Positions 1 to 9,709 of a stretch of 64,000 nucleotides of DNA are shown piece by piece; the stretch's first letter is position 1; every line of letters begins with the position of its first letter. The notes beneath the pieces are model-generated. The model searched no databases. It was not told the DNA's origin and worked only from the letters and a program-made list of their open reading frames with translations. Source of the DNA: a virus; IMG/VR virus record IMGVR_UViG_3300046167_000873, positions 64,001 through 128,000 of that record; one strand, given 5' to 3'. The position numbers were made by a program, and so were the translations under genes.

Positions 1-1830
1 AGCAGGTGAACAGAAAGATACACAATCTCGACGACGCTCACACAGGTTATCAACAATGTAGTTGGCTGTTTGAGTACCGTTAGCACCACCACGCGACTTA
101 CCAGTTAGTACAAGAGAGATATCATAGTCTTCAGCAGACTTAAATACGTCGTAAGCCCTGAATACCTGACCTAAAGTACATGCGGATTCACCACCATTTA
201 CATCAGATCCAAGTTGGAACGAATGATTTACTGGGGTTGTTGCGCTTGATGATACAACCAAAGCAGCAGTTGTAGTAGGTGCAGCGGTTTCATCTGATCC
301 AGCCCAAACATATCGTGAACCTTGGTTCAAGACTTCTTTGTAGTAGATAGTTTCGCCATCAATTCCTTTAGCATCAGTTGCTCGTGACAGACCTTGATAT
401 ACTTCTAATACAGTATTAGGTACACCAGAAATTTTACCATCTTCATCGACAACAACAACATGCAGCTCATCATTTGCAGCAGTGTTACCTTGCTCAGTTA
501 CATATTGAGACTGACCAGGCGCCTTCTGAACGAGATTGTAATGCTTCCAGTATCGGTTGAGTGAATCACCGCTAACTAATTCAACATTCTCAGAAAGAGC
601 AAGGTTGTCAGTAAACGTAATAGAACCTTCAGTTGAGGAAGAAGGGCCGATTGATTCAACTTCGAGGAACTGATAACCGATAGTAGTATTACCGAATCGT
701 AAAAGATCACCAACAACAAACTGATTTGTGATTGAGACGATATCAGCAGCGTCACCAGAATCGGTAGTAATAGCAGCAACACGCTCACCAACTTCAAGAT
801 CAACAGTACTGTTAATAACGATAGATGCGTTAGCTGCCGCTTGCTGTGCGATGCTAATGGTTGATTGGAAAGCAGAAGCACTATCACATACAGATATTGC
901 TAATGAATTACCAAGCTCACCAGGATACTTTGCAACATATTTAACTGCTGCATCAAAGTTCAGAGCAGCATCAGCATATGCATCGTCATTCTTAACAATG
1001 TGATTTGCAAGAACTGAATCTGTTCCAAGAGTTGTGGTATTTGCAATAGCGCTGAACGTGTAATCTTCGTCGTGGATTTCTACAATTTTGTTGCCGTCGG
1101 CAGTTAAAATGTTACTTGATAAAGTAATACGAGTATCACCGTTTCGAACAACATCAAAGTTAGTATCGCCAGTATCACCAATAGTTATTGGAGCAATACC
1201 AAGCTGTTCATCAGTGACTTGGAAATCTGTAGCAGTAGCATTAAGGACATAGTAGTCAGTAGATTCAGCCAAAGGTGATGGCAATGTACCTGTACCGCCA
1301 TCGCGCTCGAATTGAATACGTTCGCCGTTAACAAGAGTAGTTCCAAGAGCTACGTCAATGGTGTTATTACCGACATCAACTTCAGTCGTATAATCAACAG
1401 CAACACGAACTTCAGCAGTATCAACAGATGATACAGTAGTACCAGCTGCAACATCAGATGATGCTACAACACCAAAACCCTGAAGAACAGTAGTTTCAGT
1501 ATTACCAGCAACAACAAGATAGTTATAACCAAGTGCACCATAAGCGCTAACATTTACGTCGACGCCAGTAGTGTATCCTGCCCTAGAAACATAAAGGCGA
1601 TTTGCATACGCCAAAAAGTTAGATGCAGTAAACCAGGTTTCAAAGTTATCATTATCAGGCCGTCCATATTCCCTAAGCAGTTCATCCTCTGAAACAACCA
1701 GAGTTGCTTTACCGACGGGACCCCACTTAAAAACTCCTGCGGTGGCTGCGTCTGTGGTTGCAACTGCAGGGATGACGGTCGTTAAATCAATCTCTGATAC
1801 ATTAACGCCCGGACTTAATTGAAAAGGCAT
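1..1830 (-). CDS. gp18: Tail sheath protein (T4 gp18-like); 5' part, runs off the window edge
   Basis: Manual translation from ATG at 1830: MPFQLSPGVNVSEIDLTTVIPAVATTDAATAGVFKWGP...NFETWFTASNFLAYANRLYVSRA...AKYPGELGNSL, classic gp18 motifs. SD GGAG upstream. Absent from the ORF track because no stop lies in the window. Confidence 0.95.
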   Translation of the reverse strand, partial: MPFQLSPGVNVSEIDLTTVIPAVATTDAATAGVFKWGPVGKATLVVSEDELLREYGRPDNDNFETWFTASNFLAYANRLYVSRAGYTTGVDVNVSAYGALGYNYLVVAGNTETTVLQGFGVVASSDVAAGTTVSSVDTAEVRVAVDYTTEVDVGNNTIDVALGTTLVNGERIQFERDGGTGTLPSPLAESTDYYVLNATATDFQVTDEQLGIAPITIGDTGDTNFDVVRNGDTRITLSSNILTADGNKIVEIHDEDYTFSAIANTTTLGTDSVLANHIVKNDDAYADAALNFDAAVKYVAKYPGELGNSLAISVCDSASAFQSTISIAQQAAANASIVINSTVDLEVGERVAAITTDSGDAADIVSITNQFVVGDLLRFGNTTIGYQFLEVESIGPSSSTEGSITFTDNLALSENVELVSGDSLNRYWKHYNLVQKAPGQSQYVTEQGNTAANDELHVVVVDEDGKISGVPNTVLEVYQGLSRATDAKGIDGETIYYKEVLNQGSRYVWAGSDETAAPTTTAALVVSSSATTPVNHSFQLGSDVNGGESACTLGQVFRAYDVFKSAEDYDISLVLTGKSRGGANGTQTANYIVDNLCERRRDCVSFCSPA

Positions 1831-1870
1831 ATTATTCTCCCTATGAGTTATATTTTTTTTCTTAATATAT

Positions 1871-1878
1871 TATTTATA
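1871..1878 (-). promoter_or_regulatory. T4-type late promoter TATAAATA upstream of gp18
   Basis: TATTTATA on the + strand in the intergenic gap, 41 bp before the gp18 start. Confidence 0.85.
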
Positions 1879-1890
1879 ACATAGCGTATT

Positions 1891-3543
1891 TTAGAGAAGC
1901 CAACGATCATCAGAAACTGCCATCATCGGTTGTTCTTCATGCGAATCATGACCCGTTTCTATAAAACCAAACGGAACTAAGTCACGGAATATTTTTTCTT
2001 CATTTATCTCTTTAAGGTTTATCACAGTATTTATATCCGTTAATTCCTTAAAGAATTTTTGGTTAGTTAACCACCCAAACAAAACTAGACACATTACAAG
2101 ATCATCGTGGTTACCTGGTTCTGCTTCGTAAGATACTCCCTTTTTACTAAATACAGATAATTCTTGTATCGTATCAAAGTCATTAATAATTAATTGTTCT
2201 TGTTCTATAAGAAGCTTGAGCATAGAACAACCTAAAGATTTTACTGTTTTGGTCGTTCTTATACCCTTATCTGACTTACCACCAAATCCAGCCATACCAG
2301 ATATAAGTCGTTTTCCTTCACGACCATTATTCTCGGTCAGCAACATGTTCTCATATTCATATTCCTCAAATAATATACTGGCAACCTGATCGCCGATATC
2401 ATTAACTTCTACTAATATAAAGGCTTCGTTATAATACTTGCAACCATTCAATACTGCACCAGCATAATCAATAGGAGTAATCATATTATTTTTATATGTA
2501 CAGACTTGACGATATGGCATTTGAGTCGTATCTATAATGACGAATGCAGAGTAGTCTAAACCTTTACCGCGGCTTACGTCTACGATACCAATATAATTGT
2601 GACCTTGTTTAGGTTCTTCGTAGATAGTAACACCACCTACTTCTTTAATAGGTTGCTGGTAAACAAGCTGTTTAAGTTTTGCACCGGAGATTAATGTGCC
2701 TGAACTGCCCAAAAATTCACACTCCATTTCCTGTGCAAATTTCTCAGTATCGAAGTCCATAGATTCGAGAGCGTCTTGCTTCCATGCTTCATCTCTTCCA
2801 GGTACGTCGTACCACATTACCTTAACGAATTCGTATCCATTCTTACTAGTTCTAGCACCCTCACATGTTTTATAAAAATGGTTTAATCCATTAGGTGTAG
2901 ATGTTAAAAGGATTTTGGTAGTTTTACCTGACGAAATCGTTGGATAAACAGAAGCAAAAAATACGTCCCAGTTTTCGACGAATGCAGTCTCATCAATATA
3001 TAGAAAAGATACAGACTTACCACGAATTGCAGAAGATGATGTTGCTGCTGCCAATACTTTACAGCCGTTTTCAAACTCTACTGATCCTTTGTTCCATTCG
3101 ACGACACCTTGTTGCAACCACTTTGGAAGGGCTTCATAAGCCACTTTAATACGATCGAGAATTTCTCTCGCAGCATCCCCTTTGTTCGCAAGAAGAGCAA
3201 CAAGCTTATGATCATTAAACAATACGTAATGAAGGATAAGGCATACAGCAGTCGTTGTCTTACCAGCTTGGCGGGACGTAACAACACAGGTTCTTCTGCT
3301 GCTTGTTGTTTTGTCGATGATGTCTTTTTGGTAGTCATATAATTCTATCGGGATGAGTCCATGATCTACATGTACAATCTGTATATATTTTTCTGCAAAA
3401 TATATTGGATCGGCTGCACACTTCACATACTCTTGGACCATTTCTTCGGTCCACTCGATTTGTACTCCCTTTCTTTTAAGGTTTACATTACCTAAATATG
3501 ATCTATACTCTTCTATATCTTTTATATCTTCTTTATCAGTCAT
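1891..3543 (-). CDS. gp17: Terminase large subunit
   Basis: YLGNVNLK, SRQAGKTT Walker A, YIDETAF Walker B, STPNGLNHF, nuclease DVSRG...HDDLVM. Confidence 0.97.
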   Translation of the reverse strand: MTDKEDIKDIEEYRSYLGNVNLKRKGVQIEWTEEMVQEYVKCAADPIYFAEKYIQIVHVDHGLIPIELYDYQKDIIDKTTSSRRTCVVTSRQAGKTTTAVCLILHYVLFNDHKLVALLANKGDAAREILDRIKVAYEALPKWLQQGVVEWNKGSVEFENGCKVLAAATSSSAIRGKSVSFLYIDETAFVENWDVFFASVYPTISSGKTTKILLTSTPNGLNHFYKTCEGARTSKNGYEFVKVMWYDVPGRDEAWKQDALESMDFDTEKFAQEMECEFLGSSGTLISGAKLKQLVYQQPIKEVGGVTIYEEPKQGHNYIGIVDVSRGKGLDYSAFVIIDTTQMPYRQVCTYKNNMITPIDYAGAVLNGCKYYNEAFILVEVNDIGDQVASILFEEYEYENMLLTENNGREGKRLISGMAGFGGKSDKGIRTTKTVKSLGCSMLKLLIEQEQLIINDFDTIQELSVFSKKGVSYEAEPGNHDDLVMCLVLFGWLTNQKFFKELTDINTVINLKEINEEKIFRDLVPFGFIETGHDSHEEQPMMAVSDDRWLL

Positions 3544-3973
3544 CTTTTTTCTTATCGTTTATAATTTTAAGCAAATCGCTGGTTGTGCCCACATGAAGAT
3601 GATTGTTAGTTATTTCTTTGGGGCCTTCAGGTGCCTCGCCAGTTAATTTCTGTTTTTTCTGGTGGGAATCTAAAAGGTCTTTATTCAAATCACCCATTGT
3701 CTTAAGCATGTTAGCTAGTACTTCATATGCTCGAGGGTGTTGCGATTGATCGGCTACATTTAAAAGTTCATCAATAGATCGATGTCCCTTTTCAATTAAG
3801 TCATACATATTTTGCCGAACATATGCTGCATCCGTTTCAATTTCGTTGCCTGGATTTTGGTGAAGGCTAGGACGATATGTTGTAGGTAAAGGTGCATTAT
3901 CATCTTCTATATCAATGATTGTCGTTTCCTTTACTGTTTTCATACCAAGACTATCACTTATTTTATCATTCAT
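3536..3973 (-). CDS. gp16: Terminase small subunit
   Basis: HPRAYEV motif, C-terminal NNHLHVGTTSDL, position upstream of gp17. Confidence 0.92.
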   Translation of the reverse strand: MNDKISDSLGMKTVKETTIIDIEDDNAPLPTTYRPSLHQNPGNEIETDAAYVRQNMYDLIEKGHRSIDELLNVADQSQHPRAYEVLANMLKTMGDLNKDLLDSHQKKQKLTGEAPEGPKEITNNHLHVGTTSDLLKIINDKKKDD

Positions 3974-3988
3974 TCAATTGTGCCCTTG

Positions 3989-5086
3989 TTATGCGGGTGG
4001 ATATGGTGATTGCGATGTTTGTGCAATACCAAAATTATCTTCGCTTGCAATTTCATTCTTATCAAGTGATTGTAAATCTGGAATAGATATTGTGACGGTT
4101 GGCGTAGAAGTATAACCGCTCCCACCATTTGTAACTATAATTTCTTCTACGTCATCTGTAGATCCAATTGTTGCTGTTGCAACCGAGTTAGCTCCACCAC
4201 CACCAGTAATAGTAACAGTAGCAGCAGAATATCCATAACCAGGTTCTGTAACTATAATATTGGTTACTTCACCATCTGCTATAACTGCAACCGCCGTAGC
4301 TTGTTTTGAATTTAATGACGTATAAACTGTAGGTTGATTGTTAGCAAGCAATCCAGGTTGTAAAATCAATTTCGCAGCTGGATCAAGTTCTCCAATACTT
4401 TCAAAGATATCATCAAACGTAGAAGAATCAAATATTTGTGTGTTTGCTAGTTTAATAACTTTTTGTTGGTATATTGGTCCAAACATTTGACATTTCATGG
4501 TAAAATCAAGATTCCATATTTGAATCCTACGCTCTTCGTATCCGCCTTCATATGATTCATCAAGACTAACAGCATTTAAAGTTAAAGGAACATCTAATGT
4601 AATATCAGGTGTTTCTATTAACTGTACAGTGCTTGTCCATTCTGGTGTAAAGTAAGGAACAATTTGTTCTACAATTCTAGTGCCATCTACTGAATTCTTT
4701 ACGAATACAGATAAATTAAATGTTATATCATAAGGTACAGGCATATATTGATAATATCTTTTATCTTTATTATTGTCTATATCTTCAATTGTATATTTGT
4801 TAATTGTTGATAGTTTTCTTTCTGGGGCATAATTAAACCCGGTTATTTCAAAACCCATTCTTGGAACAACCATTGCAAACTGTTGCCCTTGAGGATCATA
4901 ACCATCAGTTAAACCTTGAATCCTTGCTAGCTGCTTATCTCTAGGTCCATATGTTAATGGTATTTTAAGGACGTCTTTTACGTTACCAGAAGAATCTTCT
5001 CGGTTGATCCATACGTCATTAAATAACGTACCAAATAAAATAACATACTTACGTAAAGTGTCGTGAAAATATGTACGGCCGAACAT
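3989..5086 (-). CDS. gp15: Tail sheath stabiliser/tail terminator with C-terminal beta-repeat insertion
   Basis: FGTLFND, IPLTYGP, PVPYDITFNL, IVEQIVPYFTP motifs; synteny. Confidence 0.92.
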   Translation of the reverse strand: MFGRTYFHDTLRKYVILFGTLFNDVWINREDSSGNVKDVLKIPLTYGPRDKQLARIQGLTDGYDPQGQQFAMVVPRMGFEITGFNYAPERKLSTINKYTIEDIDNNKDKRYYQYMPVPYDITFNLSVFVKNSVDGTRIVEQIVPYFTPEWTSTVQLIETPDITLDVPLTLNAVSLDESYEGGYEERRIQIWNLDFTMKCQMFGPIYQQKVIKLANTQIFDSSTFDDIFESIGELDPAAKLILQPGLLANNQPTVYTSLNSKQATAVAVIADGEVTNIIVTEPGYGYSAATVTITGGGGANSVATATIGSTDDVEEIIVTNGGSGYTSTPTVTISIPDLQSLDKNEIASEDNFGIAQTSQSPYPPA

Positions 5087-5815
5087 TTAGTATTCTCCCC
5101 CTTCACTGAAAGGATCTTGTTCAGACCAATCAATAAAATCAGACATTAATTGCAGTGATGCATTATCACTAAACGGATCATCTGGATTCCAATCACTTGA
5201 AACTCCAACAGGTCTTCCCGTATTAGCATCTATAATGACATTGTTGTTTGCATCTCTCATTAATCCATCTAGCTCATCAGGTGCTTGACTATACTTCGCT
5301 TGAAGTGCGTCAATTTCAGGAACACCTGTACTTAATTTTTCGCTTGAATATTCAAACATCTCACAGCGTAAATCGTGAACTTGCAAAGAACCCATTTGAT
5401 AGAATACAGATTCATGCTCTGCAAATTTAATAACATAGACTTTACCAGTTAAAGGCATAAAAATAAGATCGCCTTCACGTGGTCGTGGTGCATCTATATA
5501 ATCGCCAATAGTTTCTTGGTAAACTCGATTTGCAATAGTGAATGTAATTTCATCACGGATTTGGATATTGAATCGACTTAAGAAATGCCCTTCTCCTTCA
5601 AATCCTTCAACATTCTTGATATACATCTCAACGAAATAAGAACTTTCATACGATGATGTAGCATCTTCATTATAAGGAGTATCATAGTCATTAATTTTTC
5701 TTGGGCAATACCAAACATCGTGGCCATATATTTTAATAGACTCGATGACCAGATCTTCGATAAGACTCTGTTCTGCCGTGTTTTGAAAATTGTCAAAATA
5801 AACTGACGTGGCCAT
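5087..5815 (-). CDS. gp14: Neck protein
   Basis: EQSLIEDLVIESIKIYG, PREGDLIF, FYQMG...LRCEMFEYSSE. Confidence 0.93.
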   Translation of the reverse strand: MATSVYFDNFQNTAEQSLIEDLVIESIKIYGHDVWYCPRKINDYDTPYNEDATSSYESSYFVEMYIKNVEGFEGEGHFLSRFNIQIRDEITFTIANRVYQETIGDYIDAPRPREGDLIFMPLTGKVYVIKFAEHESVFYQMGSLQVHDLRCEMFEYSSEKLSTGVPEIDALQAKYSQAPDELDGLMRDANNNVIIDANTGRPVGVSSDWNPDDPFSDNASLQLMSDFIDWSEQDPFSEGGEY

Positions 5816-5893
5816 GTACATTCCCTATGTTCTATAGTACAATTCTTTTGTAGAGCAAAATGTTATTATTAAAGAGATTATAAAAGTGTATTT

Positions 5894-6637
5894 TCAACCG
5901 ATCATATCACTGACGGGTAAGCTGTAACTATTAATCATCTCATCTTCCAAGCGTTTAATCTCTTGATCGGCATCTTCATACAATTGTCGACCATTGAACT
6001 GAACACCACCAGGTAATTGCATACCTTCAAACTTAGATAGGTTGCTTCCCCATTGTCGTTTGATCTGTTGTGAAACATAATGCTGTAACCAACGATCTGC
6101 CCATACATCCGTATAAACAGCTGGATCAACAAGCTCGTAACATTCGAAGACTAAATATTCACCTTCTGTCAAGTCTCCTCTTCCTTCATCAATATGTAAG
6201 CGATTACGATGACGGTTATATCTTATTTGTGGTTTACCAACAAGCATCTCCTGAACAAAAGCAAGATGTTCCATTGTCATATAATAATCAATTAATGCTA
6301 CATTGGTTAATGTATATAAATCATTGAGAGCAATTTGATAACGGATATTAAAAATATCACCTGAAGATGTACTTGGATCGCCAACAGGAAACATCTTAAC
6401 AACGCCAATAATATTTTCTGGCAAATCTATATATGAATTGGCAACAGTGTCTGCCGTTACTAGGTGCTTAAAGTATATTTTCTCTGTACCGTCAAAGTGA
6501 TAGTCCCAATAAAAACGCAACGATTGGTCTATTCGATCTTCGACTTGCATATCATCAACGTTAATTTCAATAACTGGTTTTCCTAGAGAACGTAAACAAA
6601 ACTCTTTAAATTCGTCTCTATTTTGTGGAACTGCCAT
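5894..6637 (-). CDS. gp13: Neck protein
   Basis: CLRSLGKPVIEINVDDMQVEDRID, IKRQWGSNLSKFEGMQLPGGV. Confidence 0.95.
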   Translation of the reverse strand: MAVPQNRDEFKEFCLRSLGKPVIEINVDDMQVEDRIDQSLRFYWDYHFDGTEKIYFKHLVTADTVANSYIDLPENIIGVVKMFPVGDPSTSSGDIFNIRYQIALNDLYTLTNVALIDYYMTMEHLAFVQEMLVGKPQIRYNRHRNRLHIDEGRGDLTEGEYLVFECYELVDPAVYTDVWADRWLQHYVSQQIKRQWGSNLSKFEGMQLPGGVQFNGRQLYEDADQEIKRLEDEMINSYSLPVSDMIG

Positions 6638-6649
6638 TTAAATTACCCC

Positions 6650-7003
6650 TTAAACTGAAGTGACGCCGGCTTTTACGAATATTTTTCCTTCCAATACCCT
6701 TTCGACGAAAGTAGTATTTGCTGATGTTGTTGAAATAACGACGTCATAGACGTATCTATCATTCCAATCTAATGCAGCTGTTTGTTCATTTGTCAAAGAT
6801 ATAGTAATAAGGCCATTATTTGCTGGAGCAACAATTTCTGTGTCAAAGCTCACACTCGTTGTAGAGTTATATCTTTTCTTTAATTCAGCATTGACAGTAT
6901 AAGATTCTAAATCTTTGTATGTGACACCATCAGTATCATAAACATAAAATGAATGTGACAAATCAGCGTTCTGCTCAACTGTCAAATCTTCGTTCCTGGC
7001 CAT
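6650..7003 (-). CDS. Ig-like virion protein (BppU/fibre-adaptor-like)
   Basis: ISLTNEQTAAL...YVYDVVI...RVLEGKIFV pattern, typical of the small gene upstream of gp13 in T4-like phages. Confidence 0.6.
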   Translation of the reverse strand: MARNEDLTVEQNADLSHSFYVYDTDGVTYKDLESYTVNAELKKRYNSTTSVSFDTEIVAPANNGLITISLTNEQTAALDWNDRYVYDVVISTTSANTTFVERVLEGKIFVKAGVTSV

Positions 7004-7035
7004 GTGATTTCCTAGCAATAAAATTCTTATGATTT

Positions 7036-7043
7036 TATTTATA
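7036..7043 (-). promoter_or_regulatory. Late promoter TATAAATA
   Basis: Exact motif in the intergenic gap upstream of the neck operon. Confidence 0.8.
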
Positions 7044-7054
7044 TAGGCTTGGTT

Positions 7055-7666
7055 TTAGATATTATAGGGATCGGCAAAGTTCATAGCTATATTCAACCTT
7101 TCTTCTTCACTTTTATTGGTTTCAACGCTATGTGATAACCACGCAGGAAATACAATCAATTCGTATTCTTTAGGCACATACACCATTGAACTTTTAAATT
7201 GATTATGAAGGTAAGGCGTTTCCATATAATTAGGAAGCATCGAATGTACACCAAACGAAAAGTTTTCGTGGCGACTAAACCTAATTCCACCTTGATCTGG
7301 TTTTTGTTTTAAATAATATACCGCAGCAAGAACTGCACCAGGGTGAGTATGGTCACAATTGTAATCGCCGTTCATATTCGAATTAAACCAGCCATAAGAC
7401 ATCATAAGATTCTCATTCATGAGAAAATATCTACGGCACAATTCGTTAATGTGTTTTTCTGCAACTTGGTACATATTATCAAGTGCAGGATTTATTTTTC
7501 TATCCGCACCTCTTTGCCAACCGCCTACATTAGAACGAATGATACCATCAGGATCTTCTTTACGAACTTGTTTGCAATGTTCAATGATAGCAAGGTTATC
7601 AACCTCTTCTGATAAATCAAAAGTATGAATTGCATCGTGCCATAGTTCGATTTTATTGCCTGACAT
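7055..7666 (-). CDS. Putative 2OG-Fe(II) oxygenase (TIGR02466-like)
   Basis: N..HTHPGAVLAAVYY, LIVFPAWLSHSV, RLNIAMN. Confidence 0.85.
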   Translation of the reverse strand: MSGNKIELWHDAIHTFDLSEEVDNLAIIEHCKQVRKEDPDGIIRSNVGGWQRGADRKINPALDNMYQVAEKHINELCRRYFLMNENLMMSYGWFNSNMNGDYNCDHTHPGAVLAAVYYLKQKPDQGGIRFSRHENFSFGVHSMLPNYMETPYLHNQFKSSMVYVPKEYELIVFPAWLSHSVETNKSEEERLNIAMNFADPYNI

Positions 7667-8318
7667 ATCTATGCCCTAATACTAAGTCAGTAGGAGCAAA
7701 TGGCACACTTAAACTAATTCGATCAGTTAATGATTCGATACAATGGTATTGTTTATACGGAATATACAGACAATCACCAGGATGCAACTCGTCTTCTATT
7801 AAGATGTTTTGTGACAAATCAAAGTCCCGCTTCATATTAAATTCTTCTGGGTGTATACTTAACTCTTCTGTGTGTATAAAATGACCTGCTTTATTGCCAT
7901 ATACTATAACTTTACTTACACCATCTAATTGAAATATGAGGTTAGTACAATTATCAAAATGTGGTGCAAAACCACCACCCTGAGCCTTAGAAATATATAG
8001 GTGACTACCTACAATTGGCTGTTCATCTTGTGCAGAAAAAATATCTCTAATCAATTCAATTAATTGATATGATTGGGAGTCTTTGATATCAATTTCCCAA
8101 TTAGTAATTACGAGCGAATGATTTTCTTCGTCAAAAGCTTTTCGTGCTTCTTCTCCAAATAGTCTATTTGATGACTGCATACCTGGATGTAATTTATCTA
8201 TCGCATCCATAACAACTGAAGGATCTATGTGCATATTATGCATTTTTCTAATAATTGCAGGATGATCGTTATACTCCATTTCAGCTCTTAATGCATATAA
8301 AAAAGAAGTTTCAATCAT
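7653..8318 (-). CDS. JmjC/cupin-4 (ribosomal oxygenase-like) hydroxylase
   Basis: GFAPHFD (HxD), QLDGVSK, LHPGDCLYIPYKQYH, RISLS. Confidence 0.85.
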   Translation of the reverse strand: MIETSFLYALRAEMEYNDHPAIIRKMHNMHIDPSVVMDAIDKLHPGMQSSNRLFGEEARKAFDEENHSLVITNWEIDIKDSQSYQLIELIRDIFSAQDEQPIVGSHLYISKAQGGGFAPHFDNCTNLIFQLDGVSKVIVYGNKAGHFIHTEELSIHPEEFNMKRDFDLSQNILIEDELHPGDCLYIPYKQYHCIESLTDRISLSVPFAPTDLVLGHRYVRQ

Positions 8319-9058
8319 AATATTGTGTGCTCATTTTTACTTGGTCGCATAAACATTTTTCGATACCATTGTTTAGCTGTAGATGGTGTACTTCTTTCTT
8401 TGTGAAGATCAATTTTATCAGCAATTCTACATGTAGATGTTATATTACCTTTTTGTAAAGGTATTATATGAAATAACGGTGTTCCAGCTTTAATCATAAA
8501 CCGCCCTTTTACAATAGGTGCAGCAATCATATTCATAGTATTAAATCCTTTGCTAGTATCAATAATGCCAGGATAGATATGAATCTTTCTTGCAATGTTG
8601 CCGTGATAATATGCTGGCATTAATGCAAATGAAAGATCAGTTGACTCAACCGCCCAGGGTGTTGTAAAATGCATTGCTTTTGGTCTTATGAGTTCAGAAT
8701 ATATAGGTAGCCTTGCAGGTATATCTGGGGATAATCCGTTACCTGCTGCTACAATTGGACAATGTTTTTTTAACGCTTCGTCTACAGGTGTAGACCTCTG
8801 ATTAACAGGGTCTGGATCACCATAATAAACCATGGTGCTTTTATCTGATGCGAATACATGTATATCCGTCCATGCTGGCATTATCCAACCGGTGTCTCTA
8901 TAGTCGGCCATTCCTGGACAAACAGTAAAACTGTCTTTTCCGTCTTTTTCTTTTTGAACATTTGATATGTTTTCAGTTTTTGAAGCAAGAGTAATAGGAT
9001 ACCAATGGATAACACCCATGTCTGATTTATCAATAAACTGAACATTAAAATCTGTCAT
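8315..9058 (-). CDS. Conserved phage protein with dUTPase-like beta-clip features (DUF6065-like)
   Basis: CPGMADY..GWIMPAW, PGIIDT, IKAGTPLFHIIP motifs; this family often sits beside oxygenases in aquatic T4-like phages. Confidence 0.6.
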   Translation of the reverse strand: MTDFNVQFIDKSDMGVIHWYPITLASKTENISNVQKEKDGKDSFTVCPGMADYRDTGWIMPAWTDIHVFASDKSTMVYYGDPDPVNQRSTPVDEALKKHCPIVAAGNGLSPDIPARLPIYSELIRPKAMHFTTPWAVESTDLSFALMPAYYHGNIARKIHIYPGIIDTSKGFNTMNMIAAPIVKGRFMIKAGTPLFHIIPLQKGNITSTCRIADKIDLHKERSTPSTAKQWYRKMFMRPSKNEHTIL

Positions 9059-9666
9059 TGTATTTGCCCTTTACCACGCACCCAAAAAACAAGAGTTTTT
9101 CTTATACCCTCACTGACAGGAGTAACACAATGGTGCATTGACGAATCAAATAAAATAACATCACCTTTATTCAAGGTAATATCTGTTGCCCTATTTTGAT
9201 CACCACCCGAAAGATCGATTTTAAGATCACCACCTTTATAGTCACTAGGATCTGATAACATCAAAACGCCTGATATCATACGATCCATTGGAACATAACC
9301 ATGCAAAGAACTATCACGATGCCAACCGTAATATGCATCATCTGAACCGTGGTATATAGTATATTGAAGATTTTCTATATGATCGATATTATACAAGAAT
9401 AAGTCGTAATTAGCTTGACTTACAATGCTAGCAAGTTTTTCAAAAATGAAACCGGTGTTTTCATCTATTGGAAGCCACCCGGTTTTTGTGATGCGTGTGT
9501 TAGGGTCTACTGAGCCTTCTTGCCCATCACCAACCTTAGCATCATCGAATTCTATAATCTTTTCGAAAAAAGTAATTCTATCAATTTCTTCTGCGTCGAA
9601 AGCGCCTTGAATCGTACCGTGCCGCTGCAACGGTACAGTAGGCAAAAGTTTTTGCACTGGGAACAT
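9055..9666 (-). CDS. 2OG-Fe(II) oxygenase, prolyl-4-hydroxylase/PKHD-like
   Basis: YGWHRD (HxD), DYKGGDL, HCVTPVSEGIRKTLVFW (distal His and Arg). Confidence 0.9.
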   Translation of the reverse strand: MFPVQKLLPTVPLQRHGTIQGAFDAEEIDRITFFEKIIEFDDAKVGDGQEGSVDPNTRITKTGWLPIDENTGFIFEKLASIVSQANYDLFLYNIDHIENLQYTIYHGSDDAYYGWHRDSSLHGYVPMDRMISGVLMLSDPSDYKGGDLKIDLSGGDQNRATDITLNKGDVILFDSSMHHCVTPVSEGIRKTLVFWVRGKGQIQ

Positions 9667-9709
9667 AATAATCCACCTTAAAAATTAACATTATAACATA
9701 CGATAAAAT

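Noticed and set aside
576-1763. Tracked ORFs 576-887, 728-1003 and 1554-1763, and similar short overlapping or antisense ORFs across the window
   Set aside because: Shadow frames of gp18 and other well-supported genes.
1891-3543. Intein or intron in the terminase
   Set aside because: Normal length with contiguous motifs.
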